Source: Chloroflexota bacterium (lineage in GTDB: Bacteria > Chloroflexota > Dehalococcoidia > E44-bin15). Taken from it: 64,000 nt of DNA. The notes below the pieces were generated by a model that saw only the letters and a list, made by a program, of their open reading frames with translations, was not told the DNA's origin and did not search any database. The translations under genes and the position numbers were made by a program. Positions 14,043 through 23,174 of this stretch are shown piece by piece. The stretch is from positions 454 through 64,453 of the forward strand of contig DAOUOW010000002.1 of assembly GCA_030626475.1 (NCBI GenBank). Reading direction: 5' to 3'. Within the stretch, counting starts at the first letter, position 1. Every line of letters begins with the position of its first letter.

Positions 14043-16151
14043 ATGAGCAAGAGTCTGGTCATTGTCGAGTCGCCGGCCAAGGCAAAAACGGTGAGCCGGA
14101 TAGTGGGCAACCGCTATAGCGTCAAAGCCTCCCTCGGGCATGTGCGGGACCTGCCCAAAAGCAAGCTGGGGGTGGATGTGGAAAATGGCTTCACCCCCCA
14201 ATATTTGGTTCCCAAGGCGAAGAGGGCAGTAGTGCAGCAGATAGCGGAGGCAGCAAAGAAGGCCTCCTCAGTATACCTCGCCACCGACCCCGATCGTGAG
14301 GGCGAGGCCATCTCCTGGCATCTGGTTCAGGCAGCACAACTGGGTGACTTGCCGCTAAGGCGGGTGGTTTTTCATGAGATCACAAAGGAGGCAGTGGCTG
14401 ATGCCTTCCGCCATCCCCGGGGGATCGATATGGACCTGGTCAACGCCCAGCAGGCGCGGCGCATCCTGGATCGGCTGGTGGGTTATAAGCTAAGCCCTCT
14501 TCTTTGGCGCAAGGTGAGGCGCGGTCTTTCCGCCGGCAGGGTGCAATCGGTGACCCTGAGGATGGTCGTTGACCGCGAGCGGGAGATAGAGGGTTTCATC
14601 CCTCGGGAATATTGGTCCATCGATGCCGAGCTGAAAAAGATAGCGGGGAAAGAGAGTTTCAGGGCTAGTCTTATTGGCCTCATCGATGGCAGGAAAATTG
14701 AGATCCAGAGCGAAAAAGAGGCGCAGAGGATTGCCGCTGAGCTTGAGCGGGCGAGCTATGCTGTTGCCCAGGTGCGAAAGAAGGAGGTATCCCGCCAGTC
14801 GGCACCACCCTTCATCACCAGCACCCTGCAACAGGAGGGATGGCGAAAATTGCGCTTCAGCGCCAAGCATACCATGGCCATCGCCCAGCAACTCTACGAG
14901 GGCCTGACTATAGGCAAAGAAGGAACTGTGGGTCTCATTACCTACATGCGCACCGATTCCACCAGGGTTGCCCCTTCAGCCTTGAACGAAGCCCGCGCTT
15001 ACATCAAAGAGAAATATGGAGCCGATTTCATGCCTCCTCGACCCCGCATTTTCGCCAAGAAGGCGAAGGCAGCCCAGGAGGCTCACGAGGCCATCCGACC
15101 GACATCGGTGAGGCGGGAGCCTGACATCATAAAGCGTTATCTCAATAGGGATCAATTCAGACTGTATGAGCTCATCTGGAAGCGGATGGTCGCCAGCCAG
15201 ATGTCCCCCGCTCTGCTGGATACCACCTCGGTGGATATAGAGGCCAAGGATGCAAAGCGCTATCTCTTGAGGGCCACCAGTTCGGTTATCAAGTTTCCTG
15301 GCTTCACCATCCTATATAGCGAGGGAAGAGATGACGCCCAGGAGGAGAGAATGGTTACCCTTCCTCCCTTGGTGAAGGATGAGAAACTTCAGCTTCTGGC
15401 TCTCTTCCCCGAGCAGCATTTCACCCAGCCTCCACCGCGCTACACTGAGGCAACCCTGGTCAAGGCGCTGGAGGAGAGAGGGATTGGACGCCCCTCAACC
15501 TATGCCCCCATTCTGTCCACCATTCAGGAGAGGGGCTATGTGGAAAAGGCAGATGGGCGATTTCATCCCCTGGAACTCGGCTTGGTGGTGAGCGACCTCT
15601 TAAGCCAGCATTTCCCCGATATTGTCGATCCGGGGTTCACTGCCCAGATGGAGGATGGGCTGGATCAGATTGCGCGCGGGGAGCGCCAATGGGTCCCCTT
15701 CCTTCAGGATGTTTACCTTCCCTTTGAAAAGAGCCTGGAGATGGCGGAAGAGCGAATGGAGAAGGTCAAGGTAGTCGACGAGCCTACGGATGAGACCTGC
15801 GAGCAGTGCGGCAGACCGATGGTGATTAAGCTGGGGCGCTATGGCAAGTTTCTCGCCTGCTCCGGCTATCCAGAATGCAAAAACACAAGGCCGCTTCTGG
15901 TCAAAATTGGCGTTAAGTGTCCTAAATGCGGCGGCGACTTGGTGCAGAGGCAGACCAAGAAGAGGCGCACCTTTTACGGTTGTGCCAGTTATCCTGCTTG
16001 TGACTTCGCCACCAGCGTTAAACCCATCCCTCAGCCCTGCCCTCATTGCGGTGGGCTCATGGCGATGCGGGGCAAGAAAATGGCGAGATGCCTGAAATGC
16101 GAATTCAGCACCAGCGTGGCCAAGCTGGAGAGGGAGGCTGTGGAAGTATGA
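14043..16151 (+). CDS. topA: DNA topoisomerase I
   Basis: Toprim start MSKSLVIVESPAKAKT...GHVRDLP, DPDREGEAISWH, and C-terminal CxxC zinc ribbons (CEQCG...CPKCGG...CPHCGG). I chose the ATG at 14043 rather than the upstream in-frame extension starting at 13899. Confidence 0.95.
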   Translation: MSKSLVIVESPAKAKTVSRIVGNRYSVKASLGHVRDLPKSKLGVDVENGFTPQYLVPKAKRAVVQQIAEAAKKASSVYLATDPDREGEAISWHLVQAAQLGDLPLRRVVFHEITKEAVADAFRHPRGIDMDLVNAQQARRILDRLVGYKLSPLLWRKVRRGLSAGRVQSVTLRMVVDREREIEGFIPREYWSIDAELKKIAGKESFRASLIGLIDGRKIEIQSEKEAQRIAAELERASYAVAQVRKKEVSRQSAPPFITSTLQQEGWRKLRFSAKHTMAIAQQLYEGLTIGKEGTVGLITYMRTDSTRVAPSALNEARAYIKEKYGADFMPPRPRIFAKKAKAAQEAHEAIRPTSVRREPDIIKRYLNRDQFRLYELIWKRMVASQMSPALLDTTSVDIEAKDAKRYLLRATSSVIKFPGFTILYSEGRDDAQEERMVTLPPLVKDEKLQLLALFPEQHFTQPPPRYTEATLVKALEERGIGRPSTYAPILSTIQERGYVEKADGRFHPLELGLVVSDLLSQHFPDIVDPGFTAQMEDGLDQIARGERQWVPFLQDVYLPFEKSLEMAEERMEKVKVVDEPTDETCEQCGRPMVIKLGRYGKFLACSGYPECKNTRPLLVKIGVKCPKCGGDLVQRQTKKRRTFYGCASYPACDFATSVKPIPQPCPHCGGLMAMRGKKMARCLKCEFSTSVAKLEREAVEV

Positions 16152-17083
16152 CCCCGGCTCAGAGCACAAAAGGGACGGCAAGGCTTCTCCAGGGTTATGT
16201 CAGATACTTGACGGCGGAGCGCCACGCCTCGTCCTATACCGTGCGCAACTATACCCATGACCTGCGCCACTTCCTCGACTTCCTAAACCAGGAAAATGTC
16301 ATCAGCCTTAGAGACGTGGACCGCTTCTTGCTCCGTCATTATATTAAATCTCTTCTGGAGCAGGGATTTGACAAGGCAAGCGTGGCTGGCAAATTGAGTG
16401 CCCTGCGCTCCTTCTATCGCTATCTGATGCAGGAGAACATCGTATCCTCAAATCCGTTAGTCACTGTCTCGTCCCCCAAGCTGGATAGGCGTCTTCCCTC
16501 CTTTCTCTCCGCAGACGAGGTAAAGCTGCTTCTGGACAGGGTTGATAACTCCACCCCACTGGGGCAGAGGGATAAGGCGATGCTTGAGCTTCTCTATGCT
16601 GCCGGGCTGAGGGTGAGCGAAATGGTGGCGCTGGATGTGGGTAGTGTCAATCTTGAAACCAGGGAGATTCGTGTCTGGGGCAAGGGCTCCAAGGAGCGAG
16701 TGGCGCTCATGGGAGAGCCAGCAGCGGCAGCCCTCGACCGCTACCTCGGAGATGGCCGGAGGCAGCTTGTTGACAATTCAAGGACTGAAGCCCTGTTTGT
16801 CAATCGATACGGCAAGAGGCTTTCCGAGCGCGCCGTCCAGACGGCAATTAGAAGATATGCCATCGAGGCCGGGCTTGATAAGAAGGTTCATCCTCATATG
16901 CTGCGTCATAGCTTTGCTACCCATCTTCTGGACGGTGGCGCTGACCTGAGGGTGGTTCAAGAGCTCCTCGGCCACGCCAACCTCTCCACTACCCAGATCT
17001 ATACCCATGTCACCCAGGCTCAGGCGCGGAAGGTTTATCTCGCAGCGCATCCCAGGGCGAAGAAAGAGGAGAAGGACTCATGA
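16148..17083 (+). CDS. xerC: Tyrosine recombinase XerC/XerD family
   Basis: LRVSEMVAL, HMLRHSFATHLL and LLGHANLSTTQIYTHV. The ATG at 16148 overlaps the topA stop (ATGA). Confidence 0.85.
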   Translation: MTPAQSTKGTARLLQGYVRYLTAERHASSYTVRNYTHDLRHFLDFLNQENVISLRDVDRFLLRHYIKSLLEQGFDKASVAGKLSALRSFYRYLMQENIVSSNPLVTVSSPKLDRRLPSFLSADEVKLLLDRVDNSTPLGQRDKAMLELLYAAGLRVSEMVALDVGSVNLETREIRVWGKGSKERVALMGEPAAAALDRYLGDGRRQLVDNSRTEALFVNRYGKRLSERAVQTAIRRYAIEAGLDKKVHPHMLRHSFATHLLDGGADLRVVQELLGHANLSTTQIYTHVTQAQARKVYLAAHPRAKKEEKDS

Positions 17084-17511
17084 AAATACTGGTTATCCAC
17101 GGACCAAATCTGAACATGCTGGGCAAGAGGGAGCCGGAACTCTACGGGGATAAAACCCTGGTTGAGATCGACACCTTGGTCGAAAAAAGGGCCCGGGAAC
17201 TGGAGGTTGAAGTGCTTTGCTTCCAGTCTAACAGCGAGGGGGCGCTCATCGACTTCATTCAGGCCCAGGCGCCCAAGGCCGATGCTATCATCATTAACCC
17301 CGGAGCTTTCACTCACTATAGCCTGTCGCTCAGGGATGCCCTCATAGTTAGCGACCTGCCTGTGATTGAGGTTCATCTGTCGAACATTTATGCCCGGGAG
17401 GAGTGGCGTCATAAATCGGTGATTGCCCCCATTGCCCGGGGTCAGATAAGCGGCCTTGGCTGGAGGGGGTATATCGCTGCACTGGAGATACTGGCTGCGG
17501 AAAAGGCATGA
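17080..17511 (+). CDS. aroQ: Type II 3-dehydroquinate dehydratase
   Basis: MKILVIHGPNLNMLGKREPELYG...NPGAFTHYS...EVHLSNI. ATGA overlap with xerC. Confidence 0.92.
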   Translation: MKILVIHGPNLNMLGKREPELYGDKTLVEIDTLVEKRARELEVEVLCFQSNSEGALIDFIQAQAPKADAIIINPGAFTHYSLSLRDALIVSDLPVIEVHLSNIYAREEWRHKSVIAPIARGQISGLGWRGYIAALEILAAEKA

Positions 17512-18572
17512 TAATCAAGGGTCGTATTGAGAAGCTGCGCCATAAGCTAGCTGAAGCTGGGCTTGATGCCATCCTTGTCTCCCAGGGCGAGAACCGCCGC
17601 TATCTTTCTGGATTCACCGGCTCGGCCGGGTTTCTCCTGATATCGGAGGGGAAGGCTATCCAGGCTACCGATTTCCGTTATGTGGAGCAGGCGCAGGGCC
17701 AGGCGCCAGATTTCGAAATCTTTCAAATCCAGGGTGAGCTACCAGTCTGGTTGCCCGACCTAGCATCCTCGCTCAACGTGAAAAGGATTGGCTTTGAAGC
17801 CGGCAACATCTCTTTTTCCACCTACCGACGGCTAGCGGCTACAATGGATGAAAAAAGGCTTGTGCCCACTGAGGAGATGGTGGAGTCCCTGCGCGCGGTA
17901 AAGGATGAGCGGGAGCTGGAGCTTATCACCAGGGCGGTGGAACTCACCGATGACGCCTTTGAAGCAATCGCCCCCAGGATCAGCCCCGGAATGAAAGAAA
18001 AAGAGGTGGCGTGGGAGATCGAGAAATTGCTTCGGGAAAAAGGGAGCGAGAGCCTCCCCTTCCCCTCTATCGTGGCCTCTGGGCCCAATGCTGCCCTGCC
18101 CCATGCCACGCCTTCAGAGCGCCCCATCCTTGACGGTGAGCCGGTGGTCATCGATATCGGGGCTCGGATTGAGGGCTACTGCAGCGACCTCTCCCGAACC
18201 ATCTGCCCTGGCAATAAGGATAAAACTTTTGCTAAAGTATATGATCTTGTTCTCGGCGCCCAGCTTACCGCCATCGCCACCATCGAGGCCGGGATGAGCG
18301 GTGAGCAGGCTGATGCCCTTGCCCGGACGGTTATCGAACAGGGGGGCTATGGGGAAGCCTTCGGGCATGGGCTGGGGCATGGTGTCGGGCTTGCCCCCCA
18401 TGAGCAGCCGCGGCTGGGGAGGGGCTCATCTACGGTGCTGAGCGATGGCATGGTTTTCACCATCGAGCCAGGTATTTATGTCAAGGGCTGGGGTGGGGTC
18501 AGGATCGAGGATTTGGCGGTCATGGAGAAGGGGAAGGTCAGGGTGCTCTCCAAGGCGAAGAAGATCGACTGA
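17508..18572 (+). CDS. M24-family Xaa-Pro aminopeptidase/dipeptidase
   Basis: Pita-bread metal ligands: VVIDIGARIEGYCSDLSRT, HGLGHGVGLAPHE, FTIEPGIY and VRIEDLAV. Confidence 0.85.
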   Translation: MIIKGRIEKLRHKLAEAGLDAILVSQGENRRYLSGFTGSAGFLLISEGKAIQATDFRYVEQAQGQAPDFEIFQIQGELPVWLPDLASSLNVKRIGFEAGNISFSTYRRLAATMDEKRLVPTEEMVESLRAVKDERELELITRAVELTDDAFEAIAPRISPGMKEKEVAWEIEKLLREKGSESLPFPSIVASGPNAALPHATPSERPILDGEPVVIDIGARIEGYCSDLSRTICPGNKDKTFAKVYDLVLGAQLTAIATIEAGMSGEQADALARTVIEQGGYGEAFGHGLGHGVGLAPHEQPRLGRGSSTVLSDGMVFTIEPGIYVKGWGGVRIEDLAVMEKGKVRVLSKAKKID

Positions 18573-18636
18573 TGTGCTGAAGAGGCTATGGTAGCCATAT
18601 AACATTACAACAAAATCTAAGGAGTAGTTCGAAAAA

Positions 18637-19197
18637 ATGATCGGCACTGGCGATTTGAAGAAGGGGATCACCATCGAGCTTGAGGGCGAGCTTTACACTA
18701 TCGTTGACTGGCAGCATATCAAGATGGGGCGAGGCAGCGCTCAGGTCAGGCTGAAGCTGCGCGGTGTCCGAAGAGGGCACACTATTGAGCGCACCTTCCA
18801 GGCGGGGGAAAAATTCACCCGAGCCAGGTTAGACCGCCGAGCGGTGCAATTCCTCTACTCAGAGGGTAATCTATACTATTTCATGGATTCGGAAACCTTT
18901 GAACAGAGCCCACTCGATGCCGAGCTGGTAGGTGACGCCCTCAATTACCTCAAGGAAGGTATGGCCCTCGAGATTCTCAGCTACGGAGATGAGCCTATCA
19001 ATGTCGAGCTTCCCAACTCGGTGGAGCTTGAGGTGGTGGATACCGGCCCCGGTTTCAAAGGGGACACGGCGACAGCGGGAAACAAGCCAGCCAAGCTGGA
19101 GACAGGGATCACCATCCAGGTTCCCCTTTTTGTAAGCAATGGAGATATTGTTCGTGTTGATACTCGAACTGGAGAATACCTGGAGAGGGTGAGTTAG
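18637..19197 (+). CDS. efp: Translation elongation factor P
   Basis: DLKKGITIELEGELYTIVDWQHIKMGRGSAQVRLKLR aligns to the EF-P domain I loop. Arg32 sits at the position of the modified Lys in E. coli-type EF-P. Confidence 0.95.
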   Translation: MIGTGDLKKGITIELEGELYTIVDWQHIKMGRGSAQVRLKLRGVRRGHTIERTFQAGEKFTRARLDRRAVQFLYSEGNLYYFMDSETFEQSPLDAELVGDALNYLKEGMALEILSYGDEPINVELPNSVELEVVDTGPGFKGDTATAGNKPAKLETGITIQVPLFVSNGDIVRVDTRTGEYLERVS

Positions 19198-20426
19198 TGA
19201 GGATCTATTCTGTAGATGAGGTGACTGGCTATCTAAGGGAGCTCCTGGAAGGCGATAGCCTGCTCACTGACCTGTGGATCAGCGGCGAGGTCTCCAACCT
19301 CTCCCAGTCAGCGGCGGGGCACCTCTACTTCACCCTCAAGGACGAGGCCAGTCAGCTAAGGTGCGTGCTCTTTCGCGGGGAGAGGCTCGACCTCACCCTG
19401 GAAAATGGCGCTGCTGTGGTGGCGCATGGCCACATTTCCGTTTATGAAGTAACAGGCAGCCTTCAGTTCTATGTTGACCTGGTGCAACCCGAGGGGGTGG
19501 GCATTCTCCACCTTGAGTTTGAGCGCCTCAAGGCAGAACTGGAGGCGGAGGGGCTCTTTGAGGTTGCCCGCAAGAGGGAGACGCCTCCCTTCCCGCGGCG
19601 TATCGGCGTGGTCACCTCACCCGGCAGTGCCGTGTTGCACGATATTACCAATATCATAAGCAGGCGCTATCCCTTGGTGGAGCTAGTTCTTGCCCCGACC
19701 CCGGTGCAGGGCGATGGCGCCGCAGAGGGGATCGTTGGGGCGATAGAGGCCCTCAATGAGATGGAGGGCATCGACGTTGTCATCGTGGCTCGCGGTGGTG
19801 GCTCCCTTGAGGAGCTTTGGGCGTTCAACGAGGAAAAGGTTGCCCGCGCCATCGCTTCAAGCAAGGCGCCGGTGATCAGCGGGGTGGGACACGATACCGA
19901 CTTCACCATTGCCGATTTCGTTGCCGACCTCCGCGCCCCGACACCATCGGCAGCAGCAGAACTGGCGGTGCCCCATCGCTCTGAGCTGGAAAGTCGTATC
20001 CAGTCGCAGCAAAGGGCACTGGTGGCTGCCCTCGGGGGCGAAATCTCCCAGCGAGGCACCGAGCTCGTTCACTTGACAAATCGCCTTAGATACCTCTCCC
20101 CTGACATCGCTCGCTATCGGCAGCGCATTGACGAGCTGACCAAGGTGACATCGATACGTGTTGCCAGCTTGCTCACCATCGACCGGGAGCAGCTGCGCAG
20201 CCAGGAGCTGGAGCTCGGTGCCCTGAGTCCTATAGCTACACTGAGTCGAGGATATGCCCAGGTGCAGCATTCCGCCACCGGGGAGGTGGTATCGCGGGTG
20301 GGTCAGATTCATCGCGGCGATGCCATCGATGTTCGGGTGAGCGACGGCATGTTTAAGGGCAGGGTCACGACATTGAAGAAGGGGTTACAGGCATGGCTGA
20401 AGAACTTTCCTTCGAAGAAGGGCTGA
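19197..20426 (+). CDS. xseA: Exodeoxyribonuclease VII large subunit
   Basis: OB-fold N-terminus (LWISGEVSNLSQSAAGHLYFTLKD), IGVVTSPGSAVLHD, ARGGGSLEELWAFNEE and VISGVGHDTDFTIADFVADLRAPTPSAAAE. Confidence 0.9.
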   Translation: MRIYSVDEVTGYLRELLEGDSLLTDLWISGEVSNLSQSAAGHLYFTLKDEASQLRCVLFRGERLDLTLENGAAVVAHGHISVYEVTGSLQFYVDLVQPEGVGILHLEFERLKAELEAEGLFEVARKRETPPFPRRIGVVTSPGSAVLHDITNIISRRYPLVELVLAPTPVQGDGAAEGIVGAIEALNEMEGIDVVIVARGGGSLEELWAFNEEKVARAIASSKAPVISGVGHDTDFTIADFVADLRAPTPSAAAELAVPHRSELESRIQSQQRALVAALGGEISQRGTELVHLTNRLRYLSPDIARYRQRIDELTKVTSIRVASLLTIDREQLRSQELELGALSPIATLSRGYAQVQHSATGEVVSRVGQIHRGDAIDVRVSDGMFKGRVTTLKKGLQAWLKNFPSKKG

Positions 20427-20620
20427 ATCGGCTGGAGAAGATTGTTCAGACCCTGGAGGCAGGAGGGTTGAGCCTGGAAGAGGCGATTTCCCTCTTCGAG
20501 GAAGGGATGCAACTGGCAAAGATATGCAACCAGCGGCTGGATGCCGCAGAGCTCAAGATCAGCCAGCTTCAAACCGCCTTTGACCAAGAGATACATAACA
20601 AGGGTGAAGCCCCTTGCTAA
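20393..20620 (+). CDS. xseB: Exodeoxyribonuclease VII small subunit
   Basis: SFEEGLNRLEKIVQTLEAGGLSLEEAISLFEEGMQLAKIC is the typical XseB helix pair. It overlaps the xseA 3' end. Confidence 0.85.
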   Translation: MAEELSFEEGLNRLEKIVQTLEAGGLSLEEAISLFEEGMQLAKICNQRLDAAELKISQLQTAFDQEIHNKGEAPC

Positions 20621-21267
20621 AAGCTGACCTTCACATCCATACCTCCTACTCGCCGGACTCGAATACTTCCTTGCAGCAAGTGATTGCTCGCTGTAAACAA
20701 GCCGAGATCGATTGTGTTGCAGTAACCGATCACAATACCATTCTCGGTGCCCTGAAGCTGAGAGAGCTTGCTCCCTTCACCGTGATTGTTGGCGAGGAGA
20801 TCAATACTCGCTCCGGTGAGATCATCGGCTATTTCCTCACTGCGGAGATTCCGGCTAAGCTTCCCGCCGAGGAGACCGTGCGCCGCATTAAGGCGCAAGG
20901 GGGGCTGGTATGCATACCCCATCCCTTTGTTCGGCTCCGCACCTCCGTCCTTCATCGTAAAACACTGGAGGCACTGGTGCCTGAAATCGATATCATCGAA
21001 GTATTCAACTCGCGAGTTCTGCTATCTCGCCACAACCTCAGCGCTAGGCTTTTCGCCCAAGAGCACGGGCTTCTTGCCAGCGCTGGGAGCGATGCCCACA
21101 TCCCTAGTGAAATCGGTGGTGCCTATGTCGTGATGCCTGAGTTCAACGACCCGGAGGAGTTTCGCCTCGCTCTGGCCAAAGGGGTGCTTTGTTGCCGCAA
21201 GGCCAGCCTCTGGGTTCATGCGCAGAGCACATGGGCCAGGGTGGGGAGACGCCTGAAACAGCCATAG
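20614..21267 (+). CDS. PHP-domain metal-dependent phosphoesterase
   Basis: ADLHIHTSYSPDS, AVTDHNT and SAGSDAH. TTG start overlapping the xseB stop. Confidence 0.75.
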   Translation: MLKADLHIHTSYSPDSNTSLQQVIARCKQAEIDCVAVTDHNTILGALKLRELAPFTVIVGEEINTRSGEIIGYFLTAEIPAKLPAEETVRRIKAQGGLVCIPHPFVRLRTSVLHRKTLEALVPEIDIIEVFNSRVLLSRHNLSARLFAQEHGLLASAGSDAHIPSEIGGAYVVMPEFNDPEEFRLALAKGVLCCRKASLWVHAQSTWARVGRRLKQP

Positions 21268-21331
21268 GAAGACAGCCTTGAGACTGCCTGCGGAGGGTGC
21301 TATTCTATAGCCAGAGGCCAAGGTCGAAGAA

Positions 21332-22114
21332 ATGTACAAGATTGGGTGGTTTTCCACAGGCAGAGACACCGCAGCACAGCAGCTTCTGCGCACGGTATGG
21401 CGCAGCATAAAAAGGGGCGAAATAAAGGCGGAAATCCTCTTCGTCTTTAGCAACCGGGAGCCGGGAGAGGCAAAAGAGAGCGACTCCTTTTTCAAGCTTG
21501 TCCGCAGTTACCGAATACCACTTATCTGCTTATCATCCAACAAATTCAAACAAAGGCTCGAAAGAAGATGGCGAACCCGGTTCGAAAAGGAGGCGATGAG
21601 AAAGCTTGAGGGCTTCCACCCTGACCTGTGCCTTCTTGCCGGATATATGCTCATCGTCGGCGAGGAGATGTGCCGCCACTATCCCATGATCAATCTCCAC
21701 CCCGCCGCCCCTGGCGGCCCCAAGGGAACGTGGCAGGAGGTGATATGGAAGCTGATGGAGGAGGCGGCGGTGGAGACCGGGGTGATGATGCACCTGGTAA
21801 CCCCGGAGCTGGATGAGGGGCCTCCAGTCGCCTATTGCGCCTTTTCCCTGAGGGGCAGGTCCTTCGCCAGATATTGGAACGAGATCGAGGGGCTTTCTAT
21901 AGATGAACTGAAGGCCAGGCAAGGAGAGAGAAATCTGCTTTTCACGCAGATCCGAAAACATGGCCTGGCCCGCGAGTTCCCGCTGATCATCGCCACCCTC
22001 AAAGCCTTCACCGAAGGCATGGTGAGGATAGAGGGAGGAAAAGTGGTTGACAGCGCGGGAGAGCCTATTGAGGGATACAACATCACGGAGGAGATAGAAC
22101 GAAAAAAGAGATAG
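21332..22114 (+). CDS. Formyltransferase-family (PurN-like) protein
   Basis: LLAGYMLIVGEEMCRHYPMINLHPAAPGGPKG resembles the PurN/Fmt N-terminal-domain motif (..NIHPSLLP..G). The remainder is divergent. Confidence 0.55.
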   Translation: MYKIGWFSTGRDTAAQQLLRTVWRSIKRGEIKAEILFVFSNREPGEAKESDSFFKLVRSYRIPLICLSSNKFKQRLERRWRTRFEKEAMRKLEGFHPDLCLLAGYMLIVGEEMCRHYPMINLHPAAPGGPKGTWQEVIWKLMEEAAVETGVMMHLVTPELDEGPPVAYCAFSLRGRSFARYWNEIEGLSIDELKARQGERNLLFTQIRKHGLAREFPLIIATLKAFTEGMVRIEGGKVVDSAGEPIEGYNITEEIERKKR

Positions 22115-22166
22115 AACGGAGCAAGGCGGCTTCCGGCAGCCACGAAAGCCATTAAAGGTAACAAAT

Positions 22167-23165
22167 ATGACCGTGGGCTTAGAACGAAAAAATATCCTTT
22201 TTGACCTTGAGGGGCCGCTTTCTTCTCAGGACAATGCCTATGAACTGATGAAGCTCTTTCCCCTGGGGGATCGCATCTTCGAGGTCATCAGCCGCTACGA
22301 CGACCTGCTCGCCCTGGAAGGGAGGGAGGATTATGAGCCGGGGGATACCCTGGCCCTTGTCGTCCCGTTTCTCATTTGCCATCACATTTCGGAGGAGGAC
22401 ATCACCGGGCTGGCGCAGAGGGCAACGCTGGTTGATGGCGCTGCTGAGCTTATCGCCGACCTCTCCTCCTCAGATTGGAAGGTATTCTGCATCAGCACCA
22501 GTTATGAACAGTATGCCCTCCGTATTGCGCACAGGGTGGGCATTTCTTCGGACAATCTCGCCTGCACCAGATTTTCGCTGGGCCGCTATCTGAGCCAGGC
22601 AAAAGAAGAGGACCTCACAAAGGTGGAGGAGATAGAGCAAGAAATCTTGGCAATGAAGCCCGGGGACGATGAAAGTATGAAAAAGCGCCTTGACCGTTTC
22701 TTCTGGAAGGAGTTGCCCAAGACCAGCCTTGGCATCGCCCTCAGGGAGGTGAAGCCGATGGGGGGACGAAGGAAGGTGGAGGCGCTCAACGGGTTCGCCC
22801 GGGCTTACGGCCAATCCCTGGAGCGGGTGGTCGTTGTCGGGGACAGCATCACCGATGCCAGGATGCTGGAGGCGGTCGACGCTGTCGGGGGGCTAGCCGT
22901 CGCCTTCAACGCCAATGAGTATGCCCTACCCTACGCTACCATCGGACTGGCCTCGACAAATCTTGGCGATCTGAAATTGGCCCTCGAGGCTTGGGCGGAA
23001 GGAGGCAGGGATGCTGTGAAGAGGGTGGTCAGGGGAAGGGCTGGCGGTGGCCCAGATAGGGAGAACTTTCACTGGCTCGCCGGTGGAAGCGACCTGGAGG
23101 AGCCGCTGAAGATTCACAAGAGGATTCGCCGCCTGGTGCGGGAAGAGGCAGGCAAACTGGGCTAG
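22167..23165 (+). CDS. HAD-superfamily-like hydrolase with a large cap
   Basis: Motif-I-like FDLEGPL (Glu in place of the second Asp) and motif-IV-like VVVGDSITDARML. Confidence 0.5.
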   Translation: MTVGLERKNILFDLEGPLSSQDNAYELMKLFPLGDRIFEVISRYDDLLALEGREDYEPGDTLALVVPFLICHHISEEDITGLAQRATLVDGAAELIADLSSSDWKVFCISTSYEQYALRIAHRVGISSDNLACTRFSLGRYLSQAKEEDLTKVEEIEQEILAMKPGDDESMKKRLDRFFWKELPKTSLGIALREVKPMGGRRKVEALNGFARAYGQSLERVVVVGDSITDARMLEAVDAVGGLAVAFNANEYALPYATIGLASTNLGDLKLALEAWAEGGRDAVKRVVRGRAGGGPDRENFHWLAGGSDLEEPLKIHKRIRRLVREEAGKLG

Positions 23166-23174
23166 GAGGATGAA

